From NCBI GenBank assembly GCA_030602965.1, contig JAUVYS010000001.1:1-62838 (forward strand): a DNA stretch of 62,838 nt. The letters run 5' to 3'. How positions within the stretch are numbered: position 1 is the first letter of the stretch; each line of letters opens with the position of its first letter. The translations under genes were made by a program, and so were the position numbers. The stretch is from Candidatus Bathyarchaeota archaeon (GTDB lineage Archaea; Thermoproteota; Bathyarchaeia; RBG-16-48-13; JAGMEO01). Under the pieces are notes generated by a model that saw nothing but the letters and a program-made list of their open reading frames with translations, was not told where the DNA came from and searched no databases. Positions 9,877 to 18,573 of this stretch are shown piece by piece.

Positions 9877-10406
9877 GTTTTTTTCCCAACAACTGCCGAA
9901 ATTTCTTCATGAAGCTTTCTAAACCTTTTAATTGCTGAATGATTCCAGCCAACTTCCTTCGAAAAATCGTTTAACGCTTCTTCAAAACTGATGCATCTGC
10001 TTCCTTTTACTAACTTGTCCGCGTAAGTGATGATTTTTTCTTCTAAGCTTAAGGGAAGGTAGTCACGGTTTGGTAAACCAATTCTACGAGCTTCTTCACG
10101 TGGTATACCTGCACCAATATGTCTCTCAATAATTTTTATTAGTGGTTCAGGAAGATCTAATGAACTAGCAATTTTGGCCCCAATAATGCCATGTTGTATG
10201 CTGTGAGTTTTAGATCTTCCTATGTCATGAAGGAGACCGCCTATTTCAACCAGTTTTATATCAACCTGAACTCCTTTATCGCGAAATCTTTTAGCGATCT
10301 TGACAGCTAAGTGGGAAACAACTTTGCAGTGATGAATTACAGTTATTGAACCGCCTTCATCCTCTAGAATTTGAGTTGCTTCTTTACTTGAAGGGAGTCT
10401 TGGCAC
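9870..10406 (-). CDS. HDIG-domain metal-dependent phosphohydrolase
   Basis: H...HD signature (GGLLHDIGRSKT), second His cluster (IIERHIGAGI). Confidence 0.8.
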   Translation of the reverse strand: MPRLPSSKEATQILEDEGGSITVIHHCKVVSHLAVKIAKRFRDKGVQVDIKLVEIGGLLHDIGRSKTHSIQHGIIGAKIASSLDLPEPLIKIIERHIGAGIPREEARRIGLPNRDYLPLSLEEKIITYADKLVKGSRCISFEEALNDFSKEVGWNHSAIKRFRKLHEEISAVVGKKTW

Positions 10407-10423
10407 TCCAAACCCTCCCGTTG

Positions 10424-10933
10424 CTATTCACCTGATTCGTTTTTCAATTCTTCGATTCTTTTTTTAAGTATTTCAACTGTTTTTCTTTTATCAAAATGTT
10501 TAAGCGATTGTCCACATTCCGGACAGCGGAACATAAGCTCCATAGCATCTTCGAAGACCACTCGTTTACAACTTGGGTTAGAGCAGGAGTAAAATTCATG
10601 ATCCTCTTCGTGTTTTAGACGCGTTTTTAGTTTGTCTAGGATTCTCTTTTTTATGTTTTGAACGTAACCTTCAATTTGATCTGGTTGTAGTCTCCATTTG
10701 AAAATAAACCAGCCTGATTCAGGATCCCTTGACCTAGTAGAACTAACTATAGAATAATTACTTAGTCTATAGAGAATTTTACGAACATCGTTAAGCCTCA
10801 TTCCTGTCTCTATAGCAATCTTATCGTCTGTAGTCTCACCTAATGACATTATAGCTTCCACTAATTTAACAGCATCTTCTCCACCAATTATTTCCGTGGC
10901 TTTTGACAATAACTCCTTGTTAAATGGCATCAT
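10424..10933 (-). CDS. tfe: Transcription factor E (TFE alpha)
   Basis: N-terminal winged helix (DDKIAIETGMRLNDVRKILYRL) plus zinc ribbon (CSNPSCKR...CPECG). Confidence 0.85.
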   Translation of the reverse strand: MMPFNKELLSKATEIIGGEDAVKLVEAIMSLGETTDDKIAIETGMRLNDVRKILYRLSNYSIVSSTRSRDPESGWFIFKWRLQPDQIEGYVQNIKKRILDKLKTRLKHEEDHEFYSCSNPSCKRVVFEDAMELMFRCPECGQSLKHFDKRKTVEILKKRIEELKNESGE

Positions 10934-11024
10934 TGAAACGTCGAACCTTACAAGAAAAAATCTTCATTAATAATAGACATTTTACAAACTTAAATATTAA
11001 CAAATGTGAAAAATAGATGTTAAT

Positions 11025-11564
11025 ATGCCAAAGGTCACTGTGCTCAGACATGGGCATCGATACAATCGTGATTATAGATTATCTACTCACATCTGTTTAA
11101 TTGCTAGGGCTTTTGGAGCTAACGCTCTAATTTTAACTGATATAATGGATAACCGATTAAGAGAGACCGTTGATAAAGTAGTTGATAAATGGGGAGGAGG
11201 CTTCAGATTAATTATGGGAGTTCCCTGGAAGAAAGCGATAAATGAATGGAAAGAAAAGAGCAACATTATCTGTCATCTAACAATGTATGGCGAAAATATT
11301 GATGAAAGCAATGTCATCAAGCGTATTAAAGAAACGAATAAAGACGTATTAGTAGTTGTTGGCTCCCAAAAGATTCCTGGTGAAATCTTTCAACTTGCGG
11401 ATTTTAACATTGCCATAGGAAGCCAGCCTCACAGTGAATGTGCGGCATTGGCTGTTTTTTTGGATAGATACTTTACTGGAAAAGAATTATCAAGGAAGTT
11501 TGATAACGCAAAAATTCGAATAGCCCCACAAAAACATGGAAAGAAAGTTTTTGAGGAATCATAA
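11025..11564 (+). CDS. trm56: tRNA (cytidine56-2'-O)-methyltransferase aTrm56 (SPOUT)
   Basis: VLRHGHRYNRDYRLSTHICLIARAFGA...HLTMYGE...IAIGSQPHSECAALAV closely follows the Pyrococcus aTrm56 pattern as I recall it. Confidence 0.9.
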   Translation: MPKVTVLRHGHRYNRDYRLSTHICLIARAFGANALILTDIMDNRLRETVDKVVDKWGGGFRLIMGVPWKKAINEWKEKSNIICHLTMYGENIDESNVIKRIKETNKDVLVVVGSQKIPGEIFQLADFNIAIGSQPHSECAALAVFLDRYFTGKELSRKFDNAKIRIAPQKHGKKVFEES

Positions 11565-12806
11565 TTCCTTTTCTAAAATACTAAATTCTGTTATTTTTCC
11601 ATTTAGCTTTTCTATTTGACTTTTTATTCGATTAACAATCCAAGCTTTTCCATTAACCCTAATATTAGCCGTTTTCTCATCATATTTCACTTCGGTCACA
11701 TTATCTTGGTCAAATAATCTAGATATTAAAGCCATCGTCTCTTCACTTAGTGGAACTATGAAGGTAGCTTCAATAAGAGGTTCTAAATGGTTATTGACTG
11801 TTTTTATTAATTTATCCAAGTTTATTTTCTTTGAGGCAGAGATTGGTATTAAATTGGTCGCTTCTTTTTTTATTTGAGAGGTTTTCTTGTTTAATTCTGT
11901 TTGGGTGAGTAAATCTATTTTATTCAGAGCTGTAATTATTGGGACACTCCCAGCATCTAACTCCTTTATCGTTTTAAGGCAAACAGATAGTTTTCTTTTA
12001 ATTTCATGAATGGGTTCATTTGCATCTAATAAGAGTATAATTACATCAGAGACCATGGTTTCTTCAAGAGTTGAATGAAATGCCTCTATGAGGGCTAAAG
12101 GTAAATGGTCTATGAAGCCAACAGTATCTGTAAGTAATACTTTTCTTTTCTTTAAGTTGATGGCTCTTGTCTTTGTTGATAGCGTTGTGAAAAGGCTGCG
12201 GCTGATAGGTACTGGTTCTTCTGCTAGAGCTTTAAATAATGTGCTTTTTCCAGAGTTTGTGTAACCTGCTAATGAGACAAGAGAGAAGCCAAGCTCCAAC
12301 CTGTGAAGCCTATGTATTTTTCTTTTTTTGCGAACCCTTTCTAATTTACGTCTTACATGAGCCATCTGACGTTTTATAGCCTCATAATGTACTTCAACCT
12401 CATATCTACCAAGGCCTCGAAAACCTGGTTGTTCGCCTTGTCTGGCGAGTCTTACGCTCTCTTTTGCTCTTGGAAGTTGATGATGAAGATTAGCTAATTT
12501 AATTTGAAGATTGGCTTCTCTTGTAGACGCCCTTTTAGAAAAAATTTCAAGTATTAATTGAAATCGATCTATAGCTTCCACTTTAGTGAGTTTTGCAATA
12601 TTATATGATTGAGTTGATGTTAAATCGTTCTCGAAAATGATCTTGTCTGCATTAAGGTCAATAACAAGCTTGGCTAATTCTTTTGCCTTACCTCGACCTA
12701 TTTGGTAGTTTGAATCACGTTCACGAATTTGTTCGATAGCGTGAACCACCTTATATTCTGCAGCTTCCGCTAAATTCTTAAGTTCTTCAAGATTCGAGGA
12801 ATCCAA
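11559..12806 (-). CDS. hflX: GTPase HflX
   Basis: GYTNSGKSTLFKAL (G1), DTVGFI (G3), NKID (G4), HflX-type N-terminal domain. The frame stays open upstream of the TTG start, so the start is uncertain. Confidence 0.9.
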   Translation of the reverse strand: MDSSNLEELKNLAEAAEYKVVHAIEQIRERDSNYQIGRGKAKELAKLVIDLNADKIIFENDLTSTQSYNIAKLTKVEAIDRFQLILEIFSKRASTREANLQIKLANLHHQLPRAKESVRLARQGEQPGFRGLGRYEVEVHYEAIKRQMAHVRRKLERVRKKRKIHRLHRLELGFSLVSLAGYTNSGKSTLFKALAEEPVPISRSLFTTLSTKTRAINLKKRKVLLTDTVGFIDHLPLALIEAFHSTLEETMVSDVIILLLDANEPIHEIKRKLSVCLKTIKELDAGSVPIITALNKIDLLTQTELNKKTSQIKKEATNLIPISASKKINLDKLIKTVNNHLEPLIEATFIVPLSEETMALISRLFDQDNVTEVKYDEKTANIRVNGKAWIVNRIKSQIEKLNGKITEFSILEKEL

Positions 12807-12829
12807 AGAGCGATGTCTATGTACAATTA

Positions 12830-13357
12830 TTACTCGCGTGAGACCTCAGCCTCCGATGATACCCCTTTCTTTTTAAAGCGAACAATATCACCTAAAGTTA
12901 AATCAAAAGGTTTCTGAGTCAAAAGACCTTTTGCAACTATAGGAGAGGAAGGGGGACCCAATAAGTTAATCTTTAGGCTCTTTTCTAATTTCTTGGCAAG
13001 TTTATCATCTGGAACCATCTTACCTATTTCAAGTTTTTGTAGGACAGAGGCTTTTTCTTGAATCATTTTTCCAAGATCTTTTTGGCTAAGATTCATTTTT
13101 TCCCTTACTTTCCTAATTCTCTGGCCATAATCTTCTACAAGTTCAAGCTTTTCATTCACCCCTCCATGCACGGGTTTAGAACGACGTATAGATGTCTTTG
13201 AACTAACTTTTTTCGTTGCCAATTGTGATTTTTTATTTATGTTCCAATTTGAAGATGAAAAACATGCACATTTAGGGCAGACAATAAGCTTTGCACCGTC
13301 AATTATGATTCTATTCGAGAGCCCAGAAATTTTTTTTCCACAGATTTCACATGCCAT
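12830..13357 (-). CDS. Multiprotein-bridging factor 1 (archaeal MBF1: zinc ribbon + XRE-type HTH)
   Basis: CEICGK...CPKC zinc ribbon. C-terminal HTH MNLSQKDLGKMIQEKASVLQKLEIG. Confidence 0.85.
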   Translation of the reverse strand: MACEICGKKISGLSNRIIIDGAKLIVCPKCACFSSSNWNINKKSQLATKKVSSKTSIRRSKPVHGGVNEKLELVEDYGQRIRKVREKMNLSQKDLGKMIQEKASVLQKLEIGKMVPDDKLAKKLEKSLKINLLGPPSSPIVAKGLLTQKPFDLTLGDIVRFKKKGVSSEAEVSRE

Positions 13358-13568
13358 GTTTAAGCAGTCCTTCGAATTGAAATAGTGGTTATATACATAA
13401 AATCTTTATACTTTACCTAATTAGTTGTTTCAAAAAAGGCATTTTATTAGAACGTATATTGATGCACAAGAGTGAAAAAATATTGTGCTGTATTCATATT
13501 ATTGTACAATCTTGAAAAGCAGCCCGAAAGTATCTAAATAAAAAGATGCCCGAAAGGTGGAACTATGT

Positions 13569-13925
13569 ATGAGAAGAACAAATCCTAGACAAACTAAAAG
13601 AATGATGCAGCGCTTAGGAATGAAGGTTGACGAGATTCCTAATGCAAAACAAGTCATTATACGCACTGAAAATAAAGATATCTTAATTGATAATCCTGAT
13701 GTTGCAGTTATAGAAGTGCAGGGTCAGAGAATGTTTCAGATAGTTGGTGGCAACGTTTCTGAAAAAAGTGTCACCAAAGAGGTTATAGAAGAAGAAATAC
13801 CTAACGAAGATGTACAACTTGTTGTTAATCAGACTGGAAAATCATTAAATGAAGTAAAGACTGCTCTAAAGGAGACAAACGGCGATCTTGCAAAAGCAAT
13901 CCTCATTCTTCAATCAAAGAGTTAA
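13569..13925 (+). CDS. nac: Nascent polypeptide-associated complex protein (NAC domain + UBA)
   Basis: MMQRLGMKVDEIP...VIIRT...IEVQGQRMFQIVG (NAC) and C-terminal NGDLAKAILIL (UBA-like). The track ORF starts at GTG 13557; ATG 13569 is preferred. Confidence 0.85.
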   Translation: MRRTNPRQTKRMMQRLGMKVDEIPNAKQVIIRTENKDILIDNPDVAVIEVQGQRMFQIVGGNVSEKSVTKEVIEEEIPNEDVQLVVNQTGKSLNEVKTALKETNGDLAKAILILQSKS

Positions 13926-13931
13926 ATTCAC

Positions 13932-14429
13932 CTAAATATCATCTCCAAATTTGTTCCGTTTTTTCCCAAACTGCTTTAATGCATCTCCTCTCTCCATAAT
14001 TCTACTACAGTAATGACATCTTAGTACAAGAGGGGTTTCTGTTTCAATGATAAACGTTGGTTGGATAGGTTCATGGCTATTAGAAACACACGCCGGATTT
14101 GTACATTTTAACATGCCGTGAATAACTTTTGGTAATTTTGCCTTCTGTTTCTCGATAACCGTGAAGTCTCGTATTATGTTAATTGTTGCATGTGGCGCTA
14201 TTAGAGCTATCTTGTTCACTTCGTCAGAATTTAGTTCTCTTCCTTCAATTTTCACAATGTCCTTTAATCCAATTTTACTACTAGGCACATTAATTGCAAT
14301 ACTTACTATGTGTCTGGTTTGACTTGTTATTCCTAAAATATTTAGAACCGTCAAACTGTTACCTGCACTTATATGATCAATAACGGTTCCTTCCCTAATC
14401 TTTTTTATTCGAAGTTCTTCATCAGACAA
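13932..14429 (-). CDS. pyrI: Aspartate carbamoyltransferase regulatory subunit
   Basis: [10 protein letters not shown] allosteric-domain motif and C-terminal zinc domain CTNPAC...CHYC. Confidence 0.9.
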   Translation of the reverse strand: MSDEELRIKKIREGTVIDHISAGNSLTVLNILGITSQTRHIVSIAINVPSSKIGLKDIVKIEGRELNSDEVNKIALIAPHATINIIRDFTVIEKQKAKLPKVIHGMLKCTNPACVSNSHEPIQPTFIIETETPLVLRCHYCSRIMERGDALKQFGKKRNKFGDDI

Positions 14430-14604
14430 AAGTTCACTACCAATTCATAAAATTCAATATTTTTAAAATAGTTTAATATCATCTGAAAAAGGTTTGGCTT
14501 TAATTTGAACCCTTTCTTACCAGAATGCATTGAAGGCAATTTGTCTTATAAATGAGCGAAAATAAACCATCTAAATATCATGTTCTCTAAAGGATTTGGA
14601 GTAA

Positions 14605-15522
14605 ATGCGTTTTGAAGGAAGAGACATTGTCTCCATCAAAGATTTTACTCGTGAAGAAGTTGAACATATCCTTAAAATTGCTAAACTGATGGAGCCTCTC
14701 ACCCGAAAAGGTTCAGACCTTTTAAACGGAAAAATATTGGCAAATTTATTCTTTGAACCTAGTACTAGGACAAAGCTTAGTTTCGAAGCTGCAATGCGTA
14801 GACTTGGCGGTGAATGTATAGGATTCTCTGACCCAACAACAAGCTCAATAAAAAAAGGAGAAAATTTAGCAGACACTATCCGTGTAGTTGAAAATTACTC
14901 AGACATAATAGTATTGAGACACCGCCTAGAGGGAGTTGCTAGAATGGCTGCTGAATTCTCAACTGTACCAATAATAAATGCTGGTTCAGGTAGCGAAGAA
15001 CACCCAACCCAAGCATTGCTTGACCTCTACACCATTAATAGAGAACTGGGAAGAATTGATGGGTTAAACATCGTTTTCGTTGGTGATCTAAGATATGGTA
15101 GAACGGTGCATTCTTTAGCATACGCTCTTGCTCTCTATGATGTTAATCTGTATCTAGTTTCTCCAGAGATTTTGCGGATGCGTAAAGAAGTTTTGAAAGA
15201 TGTCAAGAAGAGGATAAAAATCTTTGAAGTAGAAAACATTGAGAGCATTATTCACAAAGCAGATGTTCTTTATGTTACTAGAATTCAAAAGGAAAGGTTT
15301 CCTGATCCAGAGGAATATGAAAAAGTCAAAGGCTCTTATAGAATAACTTTAGATACTATCCGTCACGCAAAGAGCAGTCTTAATATATTGCATCCTCTCC
15401 CAAGAATCGACGAAATATCACCAGAAATAGATTCGACTCCATACGCTAAATATTTTAAGGAAGTTTGGTATGGTTTAGTGTTGAGAATGGGGTTGCTTGC
15501 TTTAGTTTTAGGTGCTGTTTAG
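14605..15522 (+). CDS. pyrB: Aspartate carbamoyltransferase catalytic subunit
   Basis: FFEPSTRT, HPTQ and HPLPR motifs. Confidence 0.95.
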   Translation: MRFEGRDIVSIKDFTREEVEHILKIAKLMEPLTRKGSDLLNGKILANLFFEPSTRTKLSFEAAMRRLGGECIGFSDPTTSSIKKGENLADTIRVVENYSDIIVLRHRLEGVARMAAEFSTVPIINAGSGSEEHPTQALLDLYTINRELGRIDGLNIVFVGDLRYGRTVHSLAYALALYDVNLYLVSPEILRMRKEVLKDVKKRIKIFEVENIESIIHKADVLYVTRIQKERFPDPEEYEKVKGSYRITLDTIRHAKSSLNILHPLPRIDEISPEIDSTPYAKYFKEVWYGLVLRMGLLALVLGAV

Positions 15523-15579
15523 AAAAACGTAGCTAAATAGTTTTATTTCTATTAAAAATTTCAGAAAAAGGATGTGCAA

Positions 15580-16266
15580 TCAAACACGTAGAATTACTTC
15601 ATCAGAATATTTTTTCAATTTGTCAGCAAAGAGTTTAATTGTACTTAAGCTATATGGTTTAACTTTATTGAAGGCTATGTCTAAGGTGTCTCCTGTAACG
15701 AATTGTTGGATTGCATATCGTTTTGCTCCATTTACAATTTCTCCTATCTTAGAAATCGTTTCCTCTTCAATAAAGCCTGGAACAACTGTGCTCCTAAACT
15801 CATAATCTACATCTCCTCTTTTCACAATTTCAATGGTACGTAAAAAGTCGGTTATGTCTTTAGCTCCTAGCATAAAATATTTTTCAGGAGAAGTTTTCAC
15901 GTCTACCGCAACATAGTCTATGTAATTCAAACATTTCTCAAGTACTCCCGGGTAAAATCCATTTGTATCTAATTTTATTGTAAATTGTTGTTCCTTAAGC
16001 TTTTTTAAAAAGTGTGGAAGAGCGGTTTGAATTGTTGGTTCTCCTCCTGTAACTACTACGGTGTCTATGTATTTTTTTCTAGATTCAAGAATTTCTAGAA
16101 CTGTACTTTCTGAAAGAATTGGTTCTTTCAGTTTTATAACCAATCTCCAGTTATGACAGAAGGGACAGCGTAAATTACAGCCCTGAGTAAATAATACTGT
16201 AGAGGGCCGATCTGGGAAGTCAACAAGACTGGTTTTTTGAAGACCTCCAAACTTCATCTTTTTCAT
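15580..16266 (-). CDS. nrdG: Anaerobic ribonucleotide reductase activating protein (radical SAM)
   Basis: CNLRCPFCHN radical-SAM cluster motif. 4-nt overlap with nrdD. Confidence 0.85.
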   Translation of the reverse strand: MKKMKFGGLQKTSLVDFPDRPSTVLFTQGCNLRCPFCHNWRLVIKLKEPILSESTVLEILESRKKYIDTVVVTGGEPTIQTALPHFLKKLKEQQFTIKLDTNGFYPGVLEKCLNYIDYVAVDVKTSPEKYFMLGAKDITDFLRTIEIVKRGDVDYEFRSTVVPGFIEEETISKIGEIVNGAKRYAIQQFVTGDTLDIAFNKVKPYSLSTIKLFADKLKKYSDEVILRV

Positions 16267-18383
16267 TGGACAGAAGTCACGGTATATTCTAATGGTTTAT
16301 CAAATGTTTTCCTAATCTTAAACTCAGACTGTTTTCCATCATTCCACTGATCGACTGGTCGAAGGTAGCCTACAACCCTTGAGTATACTTCACACTTTGA
16401 TCCACACGTTGGACATTTTGCATATTCTCCAGATATGTAGTTATGTGTTGGACATACACTGAATACCGGGGTCAACGTAAAGTATGGTAACTGTGAATTT
16501 TCTGCAATTTTTTTAACTAATTCAGCTGCTGCTTTCCATGAGTGAACGCATTCACCTTGATAAACATGGAAAACTGTGCCGCCGGTGTACAAGGTTTGCA
16601 GGTTATCTTGATGTTCTAATGCTTCAAAAAGGTCACCTTGAAAATCAACTGGTAGTTGAGAAGAGTTAGTATAAAACGGTTCGGCGCCTTCCAATAGGTA
16701 TTTTTCATTGGCAACAATTATATTTGGATATTTTCTTTTATCTATGCGTGCTAGTCTATATGATGCCCCTTCAGCTGGGGTTGCTTCAAGATTATATATG
16801 TTTCCTGTTTCTTCTTGATAATTTGAAAGGTTTTTTTTCATGAATTTTAATACTCTAATGGCGAAAGAGAGTCCCTCACGACCAGTTATATCGTATCCGA
16901 AGAGATTGAGAATAGCTTCATTCATACCTAAAATACCAATAGTCGAAAAATGATTTTGCCAATATCTTCTAAATGCTTCTTTAACTTTCTTTAAATAATG
17001 TTTAGAATAGGGGTACAATCCGTTTTCAGAAAATCTTTCAAGCAATTTTCGTTTTATTTCTAATGTATCCTTTGCAAGATCCATTAATTCAGCGAGTCTC
17101 TCAAAGAATTTTTCTTCACTATTATGGAGGTAACCAATTCGAGGAAGATTTATTGTAACTACTCCTATAGATCCTGTTAAAGGATTAGCTCCGAAGAGCC
17201 CGCCACCACGCTTTCGCAATTCTCGATTATCTATTCTAAGGTGACAACACATACTTCGTACATCTTCGGGTTTCATATCACTATTAATAAAATTAGAGAA
17301 ATACGGTGCGCCATATTTAGCAGTCACACTAAATATTTTCTTTGCAACCGGCGAGTCCCAATCAAAGTTTCTTGTTATACTATATGTTGGTATTGGAAAA
17401 GTGAAAACTCTACCCTTTGCATCCCCTTCATTCATAACTTCTGCAAATGCCATATTAAAGATGTCCAATTCATCCTGAAACTCGCTGTAAGTATCGTTCG
17501 AAATTTGTCCTTTAATTATTACTGGCTCATTTGAAATGAAATTTGGAACCGTTAAATCAAATGTTACATTTGTGAATGGTGTTTGGAATCCTACCCGAGT
17601 TGGAATGTTTATGTTGAAAAAGAATTCTTGAATTGACTGCTTAACCTCGCGATAGTTTAATCCATCACTCCGAATGAATGGTGCAAGATAAGTATCAAAA
17701 TTACTAAATGCTTGAGCTCCTGCTGATTCTCCTTGTAATGTATAAAAAAAGTTAACTATTTGACCTAAAGCAGTTCTAAAGTGTTTGGCAGGTTTACTTT
17801 CAATCTTTCCAGAAACACCACCAAAACCTGAGAGCAGTAATTCTCTCAAATCCCAGCCAACACAATAGGCGCCAAGAACACCTAGGTTATGGATGTGCAC
17901 ATCTCCATGTAAATGCGCATTTCCAATAACGGGCGGATATAGCCGTGAAATCCAATATTTTGCTATTAAAGTTGAAGAGAGATAATTATTCAATCCTTGA
18001 AGCGAGTAACTCATGTTTGAATTCTCACGGATGCGCCAGTCCTCGATATCAAGATATTTGTCTATTAAATCCCCGTTGCTTAAAAGAGAAGCCGTCTCTC
18101 GTAAATCTTGATGTTGCTTTCTGTATAAGATGTATGCTTTTACCGTTCTAACATGACCTTTTTCAATAAGTTTTTTTTCAATAGTATCTTGGATTTCCTC
18201 CACTGTAGGAATTCCTTGCGAACCAAGACGTTCATTAAGTTCATTTACAACCTCATCGCTTAAGGCACTGGCAATTTCTTTATCTTTCCCACCAACAGCT
18301 TTGATGGCTTTCCATATGGCGTTGGTTATTTTGTCTTTATCAAATTTAGCAAGCACCCTGTCTCTTTTTCTAATGTATTTCAT
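16263..18383 (-). CDS. nrdD: Anaerobic (class III) ribonucleoside-triphosphate reductase
   Basis: N-terminal ATP-cone, SMCCHLRID active-site cysteines, C-terminal CPTCGSKC zinc site followed by the glycyl-radical motif RVVGYL. Confidence 0.95.
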   Translation of the reverse strand: MKYIRKRDRVLAKFDKDKITNAIWKAIKAVGGKDKEIASALSDEVVNELNERLGSQGIPTVEEIQDTIEKKLIEKGHVRTVKAYILYRKQHQDLRETASLLSNGDLIDKYLDIEDWRIRENSNMSYSLQGLNNYLSSTLIAKYWISRLYPPVIGNAHLHGDVHIHNLGVLGAYCVGWDLRELLLSGFGGVSGKIESKPAKHFRTALGQIVNFFYTLQGESAGAQAFSNFDTYLAPFIRSDGLNYREVKQSIQEFFFNINIPTRVGFQTPFTNVTFDLTVPNFISNEPVIIKGQISNDTYSEFQDELDIFNMAFAEVMNEGDAKGRVFTFPIPTYSITRNFDWDSPVAKKIFSVTAKYGAPYFSNFINSDMKPEDVRSMCCHLRIDNRELRKRGGGLFGANPLTGSIGVVTINLPRIGYLHNSEEKFFERLAELMDLAKDTLEIKRKLLERFSENGLYPYSKHYLKKVKEAFRRYWQNHFSTIGILGMNEAILNLFGYDITGREGLSFAIRVLKFMKKNLSNYQEETGNIYNLEATPAEGASYRLARIDKRKYPNIIVANEKYLLEGAEPFYTNSSQLPVDFQGDLFEALEHQDNLQTLYTGGTVFHVYQGECVHSWKAAAELVKKIAENSQLPYFTLTPVFSVCPTHNYISGEYAKCPTCGSKCEVYSRVVGYLRPVDQWNDGKQSEFKIRKTFDKPLEYTVTSVQ

Positions 18384-18573
18384 TTCGATCCTACTGCTTT
18401 TTTATAAATTTGGCATATGCTTATAATGAAATAGAATAATTGAAGAGAATTAATTCTATGGCTTTGTTTTTGTGAGTTAGCAACCAAATAGCCCCTTTCA
18501 CTAACTTTAATATTTTGTACAGAATAGTTTAAAAAATTAAAGTAATAGTTAATCCTTTTTCCCATGTTTTTTT

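Noticed and set aside
14571-14876. Antisense or nested track ORFs. Examples: 684-884, 2114-2368, 9131-9457, 14571-14876, 17241-17534, 22916-23248, 25877-26134, 33309-33602, 37338-37625, 42786-43058, 43836-44144, 46789-47073, 47578-47844, 51470-51877, 52454-52858, 57830-58174, 58887-59132, 60170-60517, 61296-61586.
   Set aside because: Each lies inside or opposite a longer ORF with a clear family signature. Their translations are low-complexity with no motifs, typical shadow ORFs in AT-rich DNA.
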